Shown here piece after piece: positions 10,514 through 20,977 of a DNA stretch of 64,000 nucleotides. The position numbers and the translations under genes are program-made. The notes under the pieces are model-generated. The model was not told the DNA's origin. It worked only from the letters and a program-made list of their open reading frames with translations, and did not search any database. The stretch's first letter is position 1. Each line of letters starts with the position of its first letter. The stretch is from the IMG/VR virus record IMGVR_UViG_3300032038_000018, positions 64,377 through 128,376 of that record; one strand, written 5' to 3'. The stretch comes from a virus. Taxonomy: Duplodnaviria; Caudoviricetes.

Positions 10514-12543
10514 TGGTAAGCCAAGATTTTATAAATGATATAAAGATAGGTACCAATGTTATAGACGGAAAAGAATACAAAGATACATTACAGGCAGTAG
10601 CTGAGATTACATGTGAGATTGTAATGAAGACTCTTGGTCCATATGCATCTACTACTGTTATCGATGATGGCTCTTCTACTTATTCTACTAAGGATGGCTG
10701 GAGCGTTGTCAATAGAATAAGATTTAGTGATGCAATAGAGAATATTCTTTTTGGTTTTATAAAAGATATATCATTCTCTCTGAATAGTAAAGTTGGTGAT
10801 GGTACTACTACAGCTATAGTAGCAGCTAATACTTTCATCAAGAAATTCAGATCTTGGATAGAAAATGCAAGGAATGATAGTGATTCAGACTTCCATAATT
10901 TGAGACAAGCAGATCTTCTTAAGGCTATAGAAGAAACTGCAGACTCTATTATAAATGAACTCAAGTCTGATTCAAGAGTAAGGTATATAGAAAATCCTGA
11001 AGATGTATACAAGATTGCATATATATCTACTAATGGTAATGCGCAGATATCTAAAATGATATCTGATATTTATAGAGAAACATCTAATCCTAATATTCAT
11101 GTAACTCTTAATACAGGTGGAGAAACCAGAGCAGAAATAGAGAATGGGTATAAGATAGATGCTAAGCTTCTTAATGCTGCTTGTCACTTCAATACAAGTG
11201 AAGAAACATGCGAATTTAATGATGAATGCAAAGTTGTAATATTCGATCATAATGTTACATACACTAAGCACTATAAGCTGATACAGTCATTAATTAATTC
11301 TATATGCAATCAGCAGAAGCCTCAGGCACTTGTTATAATTGCACCTTACTATGATGAAATATTTGCATCTGTTATGAGTGCAACTATTCGTAAGATAACT
11401 AATAATGGACAAATTAGTCCTGTTATGTTGGTACAAGTACCTTATAGTACTACTAATCAGAAATGCTACATCAATGACTTTGCTGTATTGTGTGAAACTC
11501 AGATATTTGATTCATCTAAATTAGAGATGTACACACAGATGAATAAAGCACTTAGCGGTGAAGTTGAAGAAGATGAAGAAGCTCAGTCAATATTCAAGTC
11601 ATTAATGGAAGCTAATGAATTCAAGACACCTGAAGATATACTGGATTGCTCTATAGGTAAAGCAAGAAAGCTTACTGTAGGTAAGAACTTTGTTTTATTG
11701 GAGAAATTCAGAAAAGATACTACTATGTATAAGAATACATATGACTTCATTAATAAAGAATATGAAGCAGCTAAAGCAAAGGCTGATGCAAATCAGAATA
11801 GAATTAGTCTTTCATATTCTGAAGCACATATGCGTCTTATAAAATTCTCTGGTCAGACAGGCACAATATTTGTTGGTGGAGACAGTGAGCTCTCATGCAA
11901 ATGCCTTAAAGATGCAGTAGACGATGCAGTACTTGCATGCAGATCTGCATATGAACATGGCTATATAAGAGGGCTCAATCTTGAGACATTATCTGCTATA
12001 ACAAAGCTTAGTAATGAGCTTGCAGTAACAGATACACAGAGTAAACTCAAGAAAGAATGCCTTAGCATGTTCTTTGATGTATTCGAGGAATTAGCTATCA
12101 ACGTAATGTATAACAAATATGCTGATGACGATATTAGCAGAGAAGATTTCGCAAATGCCCCTGTATGGAATAACAAGTGGGTAGGCGGAGATTCAAATAA
12201 GCTTTATCTTAATGATAAAGATATCAATACTCCTAAGCTTATTCTGTATGCATGCATTGAGAATAATTATGAGTATAATATAGTTACTGAGCAATTTGCT
12301 CCTGCAGGTTTCTCTGTAGTAAACTCTGTATCTACTGATATAGAAGTTATAAAAGCTACTACCAGTATTCTTTCTCTGCTCCTATCATCTAATCAGCTTA
12401 TATCTATCAATAGGCAATTTGATAGAGATAAGAGCATAGAAGAAGCAGAGAAGCGTGAGAGACAGCGCTATGCAAATATTGCTGATGGCATCATGTCTTC
12501 TGTTAATAAGTATCTCCCAATAAAGATAAAACCTATGACATAA
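10513..12543 (+). CDS. groEL: Phage-encoded GroEL-like chaperonin
   Basis: KTLGP, STKDG, VGDGTTTA (ATP-binding), VGG...DAVDDAV motifs. Confidence 0.9.
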   Translation: MVSQDFINDIKIGTNVIDGKEYKDTLQAVAEITCEIVMKTLGPYASTTVIDDGSSTYSTKDGWSVVNRIRFSDAIENILFGFIKDISFSLNSKVGDGTTTAIVAANTFIKKFRSWIENARNDSDSDFHNLRQADLLKAIEETADSIINELKSDSRVRYIENPEDVYKIAYISTNGNAQISKMISDIYRETSNPNIHVTLNTGGETRAEIENGYKIDAKLLNAACHFNTSEETCEFNDECKVVIFDHNVTYTKHYKLIQSLINSICNQQKPQALVIIAPYYDEIFASVMSATIRKITNNGQISPVMLVQVPYSTTNQKCYINDFAVLCETQIFDSSKLEMYTQMNKALSGEVEEDEEAQSIFKSLMEANEFKTPEDILDCSIGKARKLTVGKNFVLLEKFRKDTTMYKNTYDFINKEYEAAKAKADANQNRISLSYSEAHMRLIKFSGQTGTIFVGGDSELSCKCLKDAVDDAVLACRSAYEHGYIRGLNLETLSAITKLSNELAVTDTQSKLKKECLSMFFDVFEELAINVMYNKYADDDISREDFANAPVWNNKWVGGDSNKLYLNDKDINTPKLILYACIENNYEYNIVTEQFAPAGFSVVNSVSTDIEVIKATTSILSLLLSSNQLISINRQFDRDKSIEEAEKRERQRYANIADGIMSSVNKYLPIKIKPMT

Positions 12544-12594
12544 GATAGTACATTCCCATAAGCTCGATATTTTACACATAAGGAAGTGGTATAT

Positions 12595-12765
12595 ATGGGT
12601 ATAATTCGAGACTTATGGGAATTCCGTTTATCTAGTATTGAGAAAGAGCCCAACAAACTTATTTATTTGGAAGATTGGTTTAAATTGAATCCCCAATATA
12701 AACCAACGAATGGTACTAAAGATGATAAAGATAAGCCCAAGTCAATGAAGTTCGATAATGAGTAA
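12595..12765 (+). CDS. Small hypothetical protein (56 aa, not in the ORF track)
   Basis: AAGGAAGTGG RBS; MGIIRDLWEFRLSS...KFDNE. Confidence 0.45.
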   Translation: MGIIRDLWEFRLSSIEKEPNKLIYLEDWFKLNPQYKPTNGTKDDKDKPKSMKFDNE

Positions 12766-12785
12766 ATACACTCATTATCGAACTT
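12748..12785 (+). terminator. Hairpin/terminator
   Basis: 16-bp perfect inverted repeat AAGTTCGATAATGAGT/ACTCATTATCGAACTT. Confidence 0.65.
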
Positions 12786-12793
12786 TCTCTGGG

Positions 12794-12807
12794 GACAACT
12801 TATTAAT
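12794..12807 (+). promoter_or_regulatory. Putative late promoter GACA-N6-TAAT
   Basis: Recurrent motif. Confidence 0.6.
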
Positions 12808-12842
12808 TATTTTTTATGGAAATCCACGGAGGTGGGAGATCA

Positions 12843-14900
12843 ATGATTAATAAGATTAATAATAAGACAGGTGAAGATTTGCTTGCTAGTATAGCTAATT
12901 CGATGGCTAAACTTCCAAATATATCTTATCTTGCATCTGTTGTACAAAATATAAAAGATGTCGCTATAACAATGGTTGGTGCTACTGCAACTCAACCCGG
13001 TGTAGGTGGTTTCGTTCCAACCCCGCCTGCATTAAATCAAACAGGTGGCTCATATGGATTTCTAGGATCAGATGGAGAATGGCATACACAAGTTAGTGCA
13101 ACTTTACAACAGTCTAATTTCAACAGAACTAAAACTTCTGCAGCTACAACTGAGAATAAAGTATACTTACTTGGAGCTGCTAATGATTTACCATTAAGCC
13201 AAGATCCTACAAGTATCAATATAAGCACAGTACAGAATGCATCTGAATTATATGCAACTTCATATGTTGGTAAACCTCTTACAGTAAATGGCATATTGAA
13301 TTCATTACAAGATGATGATATTGGTAACTATTATGCATATAATGGTTCTATGACAGGCGAATATATGCCATTGTATAATGGATCTCAATATGTAAACAGA
13401 CTTGTATTCTCTAATAGTGTAATCAATACATATACTGAGAAGAGATGTACTAATGAATTTCTCTTAGGTAAACATGTAGCTATAGTATCAAACTCAACCG
13501 AAATTAATTCTAGTACTGCACCTAGAGCTGCAATAGTTTTAGGTAATCTCCAGTTTAATGCATCTGCTGCATATAAGCCATTTTTAATAAAAGCATATGG
13601 CAATAGCATGAAAATAATGCATGCTACTGAAACCGGTCATTATATTGGCTCTACATATGATACCACAATAGATCCTAATTCTACTATGTCTAAATGGATA
13701 TTCAGTTCAATGAATAGATTTAGATTTAATAACTTCTTAGAAGTAGTTGGTAAGAATGCTGGAGATAATGTACAGAATATAGCTACTAGTGGATTTAATT
13801 TAGATAGCTATTGCACATTTGCAGATGGAACTGTTAAAGGATCATTTACAAGTGCTAATGAAATAAAATTCTTATCAAACTTCCTCTATAATAATAGAAG
13901 ATATTTGAACGAATTTGGATTGTATTCTGGTGAAGGCGGTAATGATGGATACTTATTCAGAACAGCAAATATCAATAATGGTATAACTATTGCTAAGTAT
14001 GAAGTTCCTAATATTGCAGTACCTGATTATTCATCTACATATAGTAAAATCAAATTAGCTGCATTCCTGAAACTGGATAGAGATTTATATATCTCTACCA
14101 ATACAGATATCAATGGTGTTTTATCAATTAAGTCAATCACCGCTGATGTTAGTGATGTTGAATATCGTCAATGGGCAAGTGATAACTTCTCTACGCATGG
14201 AAACTTTATGCATAATTCTGGACAGACTGTTGACATTAAATCACCAACGATTGATTTTATCGGTCCTTATAATGGATTTGATACATACTCATATCCGATA
14301 CCAGCTGAAAGATCTCGTAACGGTGATGCTAAATTCTTTATTAGGGTAAATAATTTGGATTCGTCTAGTAGTTCTGCATTACCTGCACAATGTCAGACAT
14401 TTTCTATTTGTAGTTATAACACATCTTTCTCTGAAGCTACAAATGAAATATTTAAGATATATCGTGCTAATTCAACCTCTGCTGCACAGATAGCTGAGAG
14501 AACTGTTATAATCATAAATGCAGAGAATACCAATTTCAATAATAAAGAAGTTAGTGGTGTTAATAAATTAACATCTACAAATATCTTATCTAATAGCATA
14601 ACAAAATCAAGTGCAGCTGCAACTTTAGTAGTACGCCCAACAACTATAGCGGCAGATGCTTCTACCCAAACAGTTGCTAAATTTAATAATAAGAAACCTT
14701 TATATGCAGCTAGTGATACAACTGTTGTATCTCAAAGTGGTAACGTATGTGCATCAGGCACATTATCAGATCTTCCTGTTGATGAGACAACAGATGATGG
14801 TGTTTACTGGTATAGACCTATTATCGTTACAAAGAGTTCATCTTTAAATGATAAGGTTAGAAATGCTAAGAATGGATATATCTGGGCATATACTGGATAA
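12843..14900 (+). CDS. Putative virion structural protein
   Basis: N/S/T/G-rich, beta-strand-like composition; late-type promoter; GGAGGTGG RBS. Confidence 0.5.
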   Translation: MINKINNKTGEDLLASIANSMAKLPNISYLASVVQNIKDVAITMVGATATQPGVGGFVPTPPALNQTGGSYGFLGSDGEWHTQVSATLQQSNFNRTKTSAATTENKVYLLGAANDLPLSQDPTSINISTVQNASELYATSYVGKPLTVNGILNSLQDDDIGNYYAYNGSMTGEYMPLYNGSQYVNRLVFSNSVINTYTEKRCTNEFLLGKHVAIVSNSTEINSSTAPRAAIVLGNLQFNASAAYKPFLIKAYGNSMKIMHATETGHYIGSTYDTTIDPNSTMSKWIFSSMNRFRFNNFLEVVGKNAGDNVQNIATSGFNLDSYCTFADGTVKGSFTSANEIKFLSNFLYNNRRYLNEFGLYSGEGGNDGYLFRTANINNGITIAKYEVPNIAVPDYSSTYSKIKLAAFLKLDRDLYISTNTDINGVLSIKSITADVSDVEYRQWASDNFSTHGNFMHNSGQTVDIKSPTIDFIGPYNGFDTYSYPIPAERSRNGDAKFFIRVNNLDSSSSSALPAQCQTFSICSYNTSFSEATNEIFKIYRANSTSAAQIAERTVIIINAENTNFNNKEVSGVNKLTSTNILSNSITKSSAAATLVVRPTTIAADASTQTVAKFNNKKPLYAASDTTVVSQSGNVCASGTLSDLPVDETTDDGVYWYRPIIVTKSSSLNDKVRNAKNGYIWAYTG

Positions 14901-14907
14901 CGTAATA

Positions 14908-14942
14908 AATGTCTATTGAAGTATTTAACTTCAATAGACATT
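14908..14942. terminator. Bidirectional terminator
   Basis: 15-bp inverted repeat between convergent genes. Confidence 0.7.
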
Positions 14943-14946
14943 ATTT

Positions 14947-15942
14947 TTATACTGATATGTATTTGTATTTACGTTGTAACTGATCTGTTGCAGTTCCAGT
15001 TCTATTATTGATCTCGAATGTTAAAGAATCAATATCTTTAGGAATAGGATAGTCATCTATGATATTTCCTTCTGCATCTTGTGCATAAATAGTCTTATCA
15101 CCATTATCTCTTTCTTCCAATACTAATTCTACACCACGATTTTCATACTTGATGAATTTATCTCCTTCGGTCTCTTCATCATTATAATTGAAATTTTGAT
15201 TATAAATCATACTTCCATATTCATCGCTATCTTCAGGAGCTTCATCGTAACGTATTGCACCACTAGATCCTTCTCTTCCATCTACACTATTAAGAAGTGC
15301 ATCATGACCTATACCGAATATATTTTGTAATATACTACCAGATGCCATAGCCGGATCCATTGTATCAGCTGTATTCTTATTAAGCTTGCTCTTTATGTCA
15401 AACTTATTCTTTTCTATTGCAGACATTTCTTTTATAATGCTAAGAGTAGTATTATGCAATGCTGCTTTTGTTTCTATCAGTTCATTCATTCGCTGATAGT
15501 TCCTACCATTAGTTAATCGTCTTATCTGACTTATGTCCTTTTCAACTTCTTCTGTATCTTTATTTACCGCAATTAATAAATCTTTCAATTTATTCTTTTG
15601 TGGTTCGAATGCTTTATCGACTTCAGATACAGTTCCGTCGTCTTCGTGTAATAATGCATACTTTCTACCAAGACCTATCAGATTAGATTTGAATCCACGA
15701 TTTTCATCGTTCATATCTATGCTGTCAAATATATCATCTACGTCGTCGGCATATTCTTTGAGTACATCATTAGCTTTGGGATCATTTAATATCTTTTCGA
15801 TACTTACTCGATCATCATCGCGATTACGTGATATATCAATGTCACGCTTTGGTGTATAAGTTGGCTTATCATCAGATAATGTAGACGAAAATGGATTATG
15901 AATACTTGATAAAGTTTTGAGATTATTTAATGTATTGCTCAT
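14947..15942 (-). CDS. Hypothetical protein with coiled coil (late-expressed)
   Basis: 331-aa ORF, GGAGG RBS, late-type promoter at 15967-15981. Confidence 0.65.
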   Translation of the reverse strand: MSNTLNNLKTLSSIHNPFSSTLSDDKPTYTPKRDIDISRNRDDDRVSIEKILNDPKANDVLKEYADDVDDIFDSIDMNDENRGFKSNLIGLGRKYALLHEDDGTVSEVDKAFEPQKNKLKDLLIAVNKDTEEVEKDISQIRRLTNGRNYQRMNELIETKAALHNTTLSIIKEMSAIEKNKFDIKSKLNKNTADTMDPAMASGSILQNIFGIGHDALLNSVDGREGSSGAIRYDEAPEDSDEYGSMIYNQNFNYNDEETEGDKFIKYENRGVELVLEERDNGDKTIYAQDAEGNIIDDYPIPKDIDSLTFEINNRTGTATDQLQRKYKYISV

Positions 15943-15966
15943 CTTCTAGCCTCCAAAATCTATCGA

Positions 15967-15981
15967 ATTTAAGGAAATGTC
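15967..15981 (-). promoter_or_regulatory. Putative late promoter GACA-N6-TAAAT
   Basis: Recurrent motif. Confidence 0.55.
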
Positions 15982-16070
15982 CATAGATTTATAAAATATC
16001 GAGTAAAAAACTTAAATATAACTTTAAGCTTATTTGCATATTATATGCCTATAAGGAGGAAATAAAGCTT

Positions 16071-17864
16071 ATGAAAGTTTTAAAATCATATAAAGAAGGC
16101 ATGAATATAGTGCCTCTTAAAGTAGTATATAGTACCGAATATAATAAGAAAGACATAATGGCAATCGTATATAAAGACGTAGATACAGGCAAGAAGTATG
16201 TAGAAAACATAGAAGAACCTGTATACGAAATGTATATCATTAAAGAGCAATATAGAAATAATCCAGATCTCAATGCTAAGTTTTCTAGTGCATATATGCA
16301 CGATGCAGTTGAAAAAGATTTGTGTGATGTAATCGTATGTAAATGGGCATCCAGAGCATATGTTGCAGCCAAGATACTTGGGATTGATTATAAAGATGTG
16401 GCTTATTCTCCATATGTGTTTAATTATGATATCAATATAAGTAACTGGTATTTTAGTCAGATATTAAAAGAGTATCCATATAATAAACCAGTTGCAATAA
16501 AGTCTGGATATATAGATATAGAGACAGATATCTCTCGTACAACCATAATGGGAGAATCTCCAATAGTGTGTATTACATATATATCCGAGACTACGAATAC
16601 TGTATATAACTTGGCAGTTAAAAGTGACAAGTATGCTAAGAACGATTATTATGTAGAGCATATGAATGAATTCATCAAAGATTGTAAAGAATCTTTTGCT
16701 ATGTATAATAAATACATAGATGGCGAATGGAATTACGAATGCTTAGTATATGATACTGAGATTGAAATGATGAAAGCAATATGGGAATTGATTCATGCTA
16801 TAGACGATGACTTCTTAGGAGCTTGGAACGCTCCTTTCGACTTCGTGTCTATGGTAGAAAGAACTGAGAAACTTGGGTTGGATAAATATAAAACCATATG
16901 CGATCCAAGATTTAAGTTTAAGAAAATAAATATAGAAGTAGATAATGCAATTAAGGTTACTAAGAGACGTCATACATTTGATGTATCCATAATTCCTGTA
17001 CTTGCTTGCTTTATGTCAATGTATGGTAATACTCATTCGGCTGATAATGTAATACCATCATTTAAACTTAATGCTATAGCAGATAAAGAATTACATGATA
17101 AGAAAGTCGAATATAAAGATATTTATAAGAATATCACAGACTTCCTGTATAATGACTTCTATACATTCAATAAATATAATATCAAAGACGTATTTCTTAT
17201 GGTTGGTATCAATCATGAGAGTCATGAAGTAGACGATACATTTTCCAGAACTCAGTCTTATGGAATTCAATTCCCAGATGTATTTTCATCTAATCATATG
17301 ATGCAATCAGTTCTCATGAATGAATTCAGTGATATGGGTTTAGTATTTGGCATAAACAGAAATAAAAACAATATAGCATCGGAATTAATCATGGTAACTG
17401 ACGATGATGATGACGAGTATGATGCTGATGCTAGACGTGTTGTGCTTGAGTCACAGGAAGTATTCGACGAGAATGGCGAAAAGAAAAAATTCGTAGGTGC
17501 ATTGGTTCAGAACCCCAAAAGAATGCAGAATACAGGATATAAGATAAATGGAGTTCCTGCAAAATATGTCCATACATGGTGTATGGATGAAGATATAGAA
17601 TCCGAGTATCCTACAGCAATGATTGTATTCAATATGTCTAATAAGACTATGGTTGGTAAAGTAATCCTTACTAATGATAATGATATAGATTTACCTATCT
17701 ATAGACCATATGAGTTTATAGATAATGAAGCTGCAGATTATTACTGTAATAAAGTTGCAGTTATATGCGAAACTGTAGCTCAAGGTGATTATATCATTGC
17801 AGGTAATATAGGATTAAAATTACCAAATGCAACTCAAGTATTAGAATTATTAAGGAGCAAATGA
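16071..17864 (+). CDS. Family B DNA polymerase, N-terminal subunit (3'-5' exonuclease plus motif A)
   Basis: ExoI YIDIETD, ExoII AWNAPFD, ExoIII YNIKDV, FVGALV, motif A variant DEDIESEYPTAM. Confidence 0.85.
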   Translation: MKVLKSYKEGMNIVPLKVVYSTEYNKKDIMAIVYKDVDTGKKYVENIEEPVYEMYIIKEQYRNNPDLNAKFSSAYMHDAVEKDLCDVIVCKWASRAYVAAKILGIDYKDVAYSPYVFNYDINISNWYFSQILKEYPYNKPVAIKSGYIDIETDISRTTIMGESPIVCITYISETTNTVYNLAVKSDKYAKNDYYVEHMNEFIKDCKESFAMYNKYIDGEWNYECLVYDTEIEMMKAIWELIHAIDDDFLGAWNAPFDFVSMVERTEKLGLDKYKTICDPRFKFKKINIEVDNAIKVTKRRHTFDVSIIPVLACFMSMYGNTHSADNVIPSFKLNAIADKELHDKKVEYKDIYKNITDFLYNDFYTFNKYNIKDVFLMVGINHESHEVDDTFSRTQSYGIQFPDVFSSNHMMQSVLMNEFSDMGLVFGINRNKNNIASELIMVTDDDDDEYDADARRVVLESQEVFDENGEKKKFVGALVQNPKRMQNTGYKINGVPAKYVHTWCMDEDIESEYPTAMIVFNMSNKTMVGKVILTNDNDIDLPIYRPYEFIDNEAADYYCNKVAVICETVAQGDYIIAGNIGLKLPNATQVLELLRSK

Positions 17865-17865
17865 T

Positions 17866-18507
17866 ATGAGCTATATTCCATTACCAAAAGATCTCAAGTT
17901 AGCAAATCTGAAAGAGATAGCTGCGATGGTATCGCACATTTTAATTAACGACGGATTTGTAGATTGGGCAGGTGTGATTATAGGAGAATCAAAATCCGAT
18001 GCTTATCTGCCAAAGTTTTACATTAAGGATACTGCGTTTATAAATTATTTTCGTAATACACTTATAGACTTTGACTTATTATATGAATTCTGTAAAATGG
18101 CATCAGCCAAAAACACTCAATGTGAATTAGATGATAGTGGTAACATTATCAAATTAATATATAATAATAACATAGAGTATATGGATTTAAGAATCAATAG
18201 AGTTCATATTGAGACAGATGACCCTATTACATTTGACAAATATGACAACGAACATATATTCAAAGCTACAGCCGTAAGAGATCTCGACTTAAATGATTTT
18301 ATATATGCTATGACAAATGACTATGTATACAGGTGGAACAAATATATTATCACTAAGGAAGCAGTCCCTAAGCCTAAGAAACTTATAGCTGGTCAGTTCA
18401 CTATTAGTGATATAGTTTCTCCGTATATATACTACACAACGGTGCTGAATTATGATTTAATGGATATCAAAATAGCTAGTGTATGTTTTGATTTAGATGC
18501 AGAGTGA
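17866..18507 (+). CDS. Hypothetical protein
   Basis: 213-aa ORF directly downstream of the polymerase N-subunit gene. Confidence 0.6.
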   Translation: MSYIPLPKDLKLANLKEIAAMVSHILINDGFVDWAGVIIGESKSDAYLPKFYIKDTAFINYFRNTLIDFDLLYEFCKMASAKNTQCELDDSGNIIKLIYNNNIEYMDLRINRVHIETDDPITFDKYDNEHIFKATAVRDLDLNDFIYAMTNDYVYRWNKYIITKEAVPKPKKLIAGQFTISDIVSPYIYYTTVLNYDLMDIKIASVCFDLDAE

Positions 18508-18511
18508 ATAA

Positions 18512-18543
18512 ATAGATCTATCATGATATCATGATAGATCTAT
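18512..18543. terminator. Perfect 32-bp palindrome between convergent genes
   Basis: ATAGATCTATCATGAT/ATCATGATAGATCTAT followed by a T-run. Confidence 0.65.
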
Positions 18544-18554
18544 ATTTTTTTTGA

Positions 18555-20870
18555 TTATTCGACAGGGTTTTCCCCTTCTTCATTAGTTATCTTAGCTTTC
18601 TCCATCTTTATATTGTCTGCAGTCTCTTCCAGAGCTACCCAGTCAATAAATGGAGCATTTGTCTTTACTATATTATATTTTACTTCTTGTATGAAATCTT
18701 TATTCTCATCTGTGGTTTCACCATATCTGAGAGTTGTAAATTGCTCAGCAAATCTAGCAGAACCTTCAAGGATTTCATTAGAGTTGGATACAGATAATGC
18801 TCTAGGTCTAGGAAGCTTTACTTCAACTGTATTAGATGCGAGTGTCTTTAACTTGTCATCTATATCAAGATTTTCAATTATTCTCTTATATAATGCAGTC
18901 AAAGGTTCCTCGTAGTCAGATTGAAGTCCAGCAACTATTCCGGCAAAACCGACGTGAGCTGTAGTAAATGCTCTAGAGAAATCAGCTTGATTAGATTGCT
19001 CTACAAGAAGAGGTGGTACACCAGATGCTATGAGAGCTTGATTCTCTAATTCTTTCTCATAATCTGTAGACATATCAACTTGTTGACCTTCCATACGCTC
19101 AAACTCAACAAGTTTATTGCCAGATCTTGATACAGGCATTAAGATATTACCATCTGCTGCATACTTATGGAACATGAGAGAAGAGTCACCTATAATATCA
19201 CCAAATGTTATATTAGACTCTTGGAGATTTCTTAATACTCTCTGTGCTTGGTTTCTACCGGATACATCTGCTGTACCTTTTCTAACATAAGCGATAGTCT
19301 TATCAGCAGATCTATTTATGTAGTTTAATACTTTCCTTATTCTTATAGATGTAAGAAGTTTAGCTGGCCATAAAGATTGCTTGAGTACAGAAGTGCCATC
19401 ACCCTTAGCATCTTCATTTATTTTAAACTCAAATACATCATCCTTAGGAATAAACTGTATTCTGTACTGTGTATTTACTACACCATTAGCCATTATACAG
19501 TCGGCTATGAGTTTCTTAAATACAACATGATCGGATACGAACTTAGCACTAAACTGTTTAGCTACTTTAGATCCGAGCATACTAGCTATTCTCTCTATTG
19601 TAGATTGTTTATTAATGTTAGTCCATTCTGCATTAGAGAATGTGATATTAGCTTTAGTCTTATTGATCTTCTTGCTATCTACATAGAAGTATCCGACCGT
19701 TTCGTCTAATATCTTTATCTTAATCATATTCTTAGAGTCTATGAATTTAAGATATGTGCCAGTTACATTGAATTTATTCTTATGCTTCTTATCTGTAGAA
19801 GATAATTTATTATTAGTCTTAGTCTCTCTTGAGAAAGTACCATCAGCAGCACCTATCTTATCAGCTTCAGTTGCAGGTGTACATTTCTCAAATGTCATCT
19901 TAAGATCTTCTGTAATACCTAAGTTGTGAGCTAAATCGGGCATTTCTTCTAATACATTAAATGGTATTTCACTATCTACACATTCTACTGTAGCTATATT
20001 CTTACCAAAGTTTTTAAGCGCATCTGATTTATAGAATAAGTCATTTGAATCTAGTACATTAGATGATTTTATCTCATCAACTATTTCTTTTATTTCAGTA
20101 GACTCTAATGCACAAGTTAGATTATTGTCAGATGACATTAATTCATCAAATGATACAGATTCCATTGCATTAGTACCAAATCCATATCTCTCAGAATGAT
20201 CTATTTGTGTAGAATTAGCACCATTCTTCTTTTTCTTCTCTAATGTCTTTGCATAATCAGTAAACAGCTTTTGATATGATGGCGCATATACATAGTAGGT
20301 TCCAGTTACAAGTGATTCGCCTATAACAGAATTCTTTAACTTGTATAAGAGTTTATTATCTTTCTCAAATACTTTTATAGCAGCCATTATCTGAGCCTGT
20401 TCCTCTTGAGATAATGCAGTACCGAATGATATATTTCTCTTCACAGATCCGGATAAGTCATCACTGGATACTATATGAGTCTTATATATATTCAAAGCTT
20501 GTCCCAATGAAGGAATGAATTTAGCTATAAACATTAGGTCTTGTGCTTCTATAAACTTATTCTTATATCTTTCATTGTAATATTGATATATATTACCTGA
20601 GTTCTTAGTGAGATATTCTCCAAGGTCACTACTATCTTCAATACTAACCGTCTTATTAAACTTCTTGGATTCATCATTCATAGCTCTATTAAACTCTATG
20701 ATATCTCCATTAGAAACACCATGCGCTAATTCGAGCTCTCTATTTATTATAGATTTATATTCTTCAGTCTTACTAGATAAATTCTGATTGGATACTAGGT
20801 CATTATCTAATTTAATTAGTAGCTTATTGACTACTACATCCATAGGCTTCGGTTTATTATTACGAGGCAT
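18555..20870 (-). CDS. Portal protein (T4 gp20-like)
   Basis: YINRSADKTIAYV, ILMPVSRSG...FERMEGQQ and SGVPPLL resemble gp20 blocks (RAPERRxFY, xLPRxxG...LPGG, xVPxS); sheath-tube-portal gene order. Confidence 0.7.
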   Translation of the reverse strand: MPRNNKPKPMDVVVNKLLIKLDNDLVSNQNLSSKTEEYKSIINRELELAHGVSNGDIIEFNRAMNDESKKFNKTVSIEDSSDLGEYLTKNSGNIYQYYNERYKNKFIEAQDLMFIAKFIPSLGQALNIYKTHIVSSDDLSGSVKRNISFGTALSQEEQAQIMAAIKVFEKDNKLLYKLKNSVIGESLVTGTYYVYAPSYQKLFTDYAKTLEKKKKNGANSTQIDHSERYGFGTNAMESVSFDELMSSDNNLTCALESTEIKEIVDEIKSSNVLDSNDLFYKSDALKNFGKNIATVECVDSEIPFNVLEEMPDLAHNLGITEDLKMTFEKCTPATEADKIGAADGTFSRETKTNNKLSSTDKKHKNKFNVTGTYLKFIDSKNMIKIKILDETVGYFYVDSKKINKTKANITFSNAEWTNINKQSTIERIASMLGSKVAKQFSAKFVSDHVVFKKLIADCIMANGVVNTQYRIQFIPKDDVFEFKINEDAKGDGTSVLKQSLWPAKLLTSIRIRKVLNYINRSADKTIAYVRKGTADVSGRNQAQRVLRNLQESNITFGDIIGDSSLMFHKYAADGNILMPVSRSGNKLVEFERMEGQQVDMSTDYEKELENQALIASGVPPLLVEQSNQADFSRAFTTAHVGFAGIVAGLQSDYEEPLTALYKRIIENLDIDDKLKTLASNTVEVKLPRPRALSVSNSNEILEGSARFAEQFTTLRYGETTDENKDFIQEVKYNIVKTNAPFIDWVALEETADNIKMEKAKITNEEGENPVE

Positions 20871-20901
20871 GTGTTATCATCCTCCCATTATTTATTTAAA
20901 G

Positions 20902-20915
20902 ATTATCCCATTGTC
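20902..20915 (-). promoter_or_regulatory. Putative late promoter GACA-N6-TAAT
   Basis: Recurrent motif upstream of the portal gene. Confidence 0.6.
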
Positions 20916-20977
20916 ACGGTTTTTACGCGAAAAATACACCTGTGTTGCCACAGGTGTATGAAAAATAGTATGTCGTA

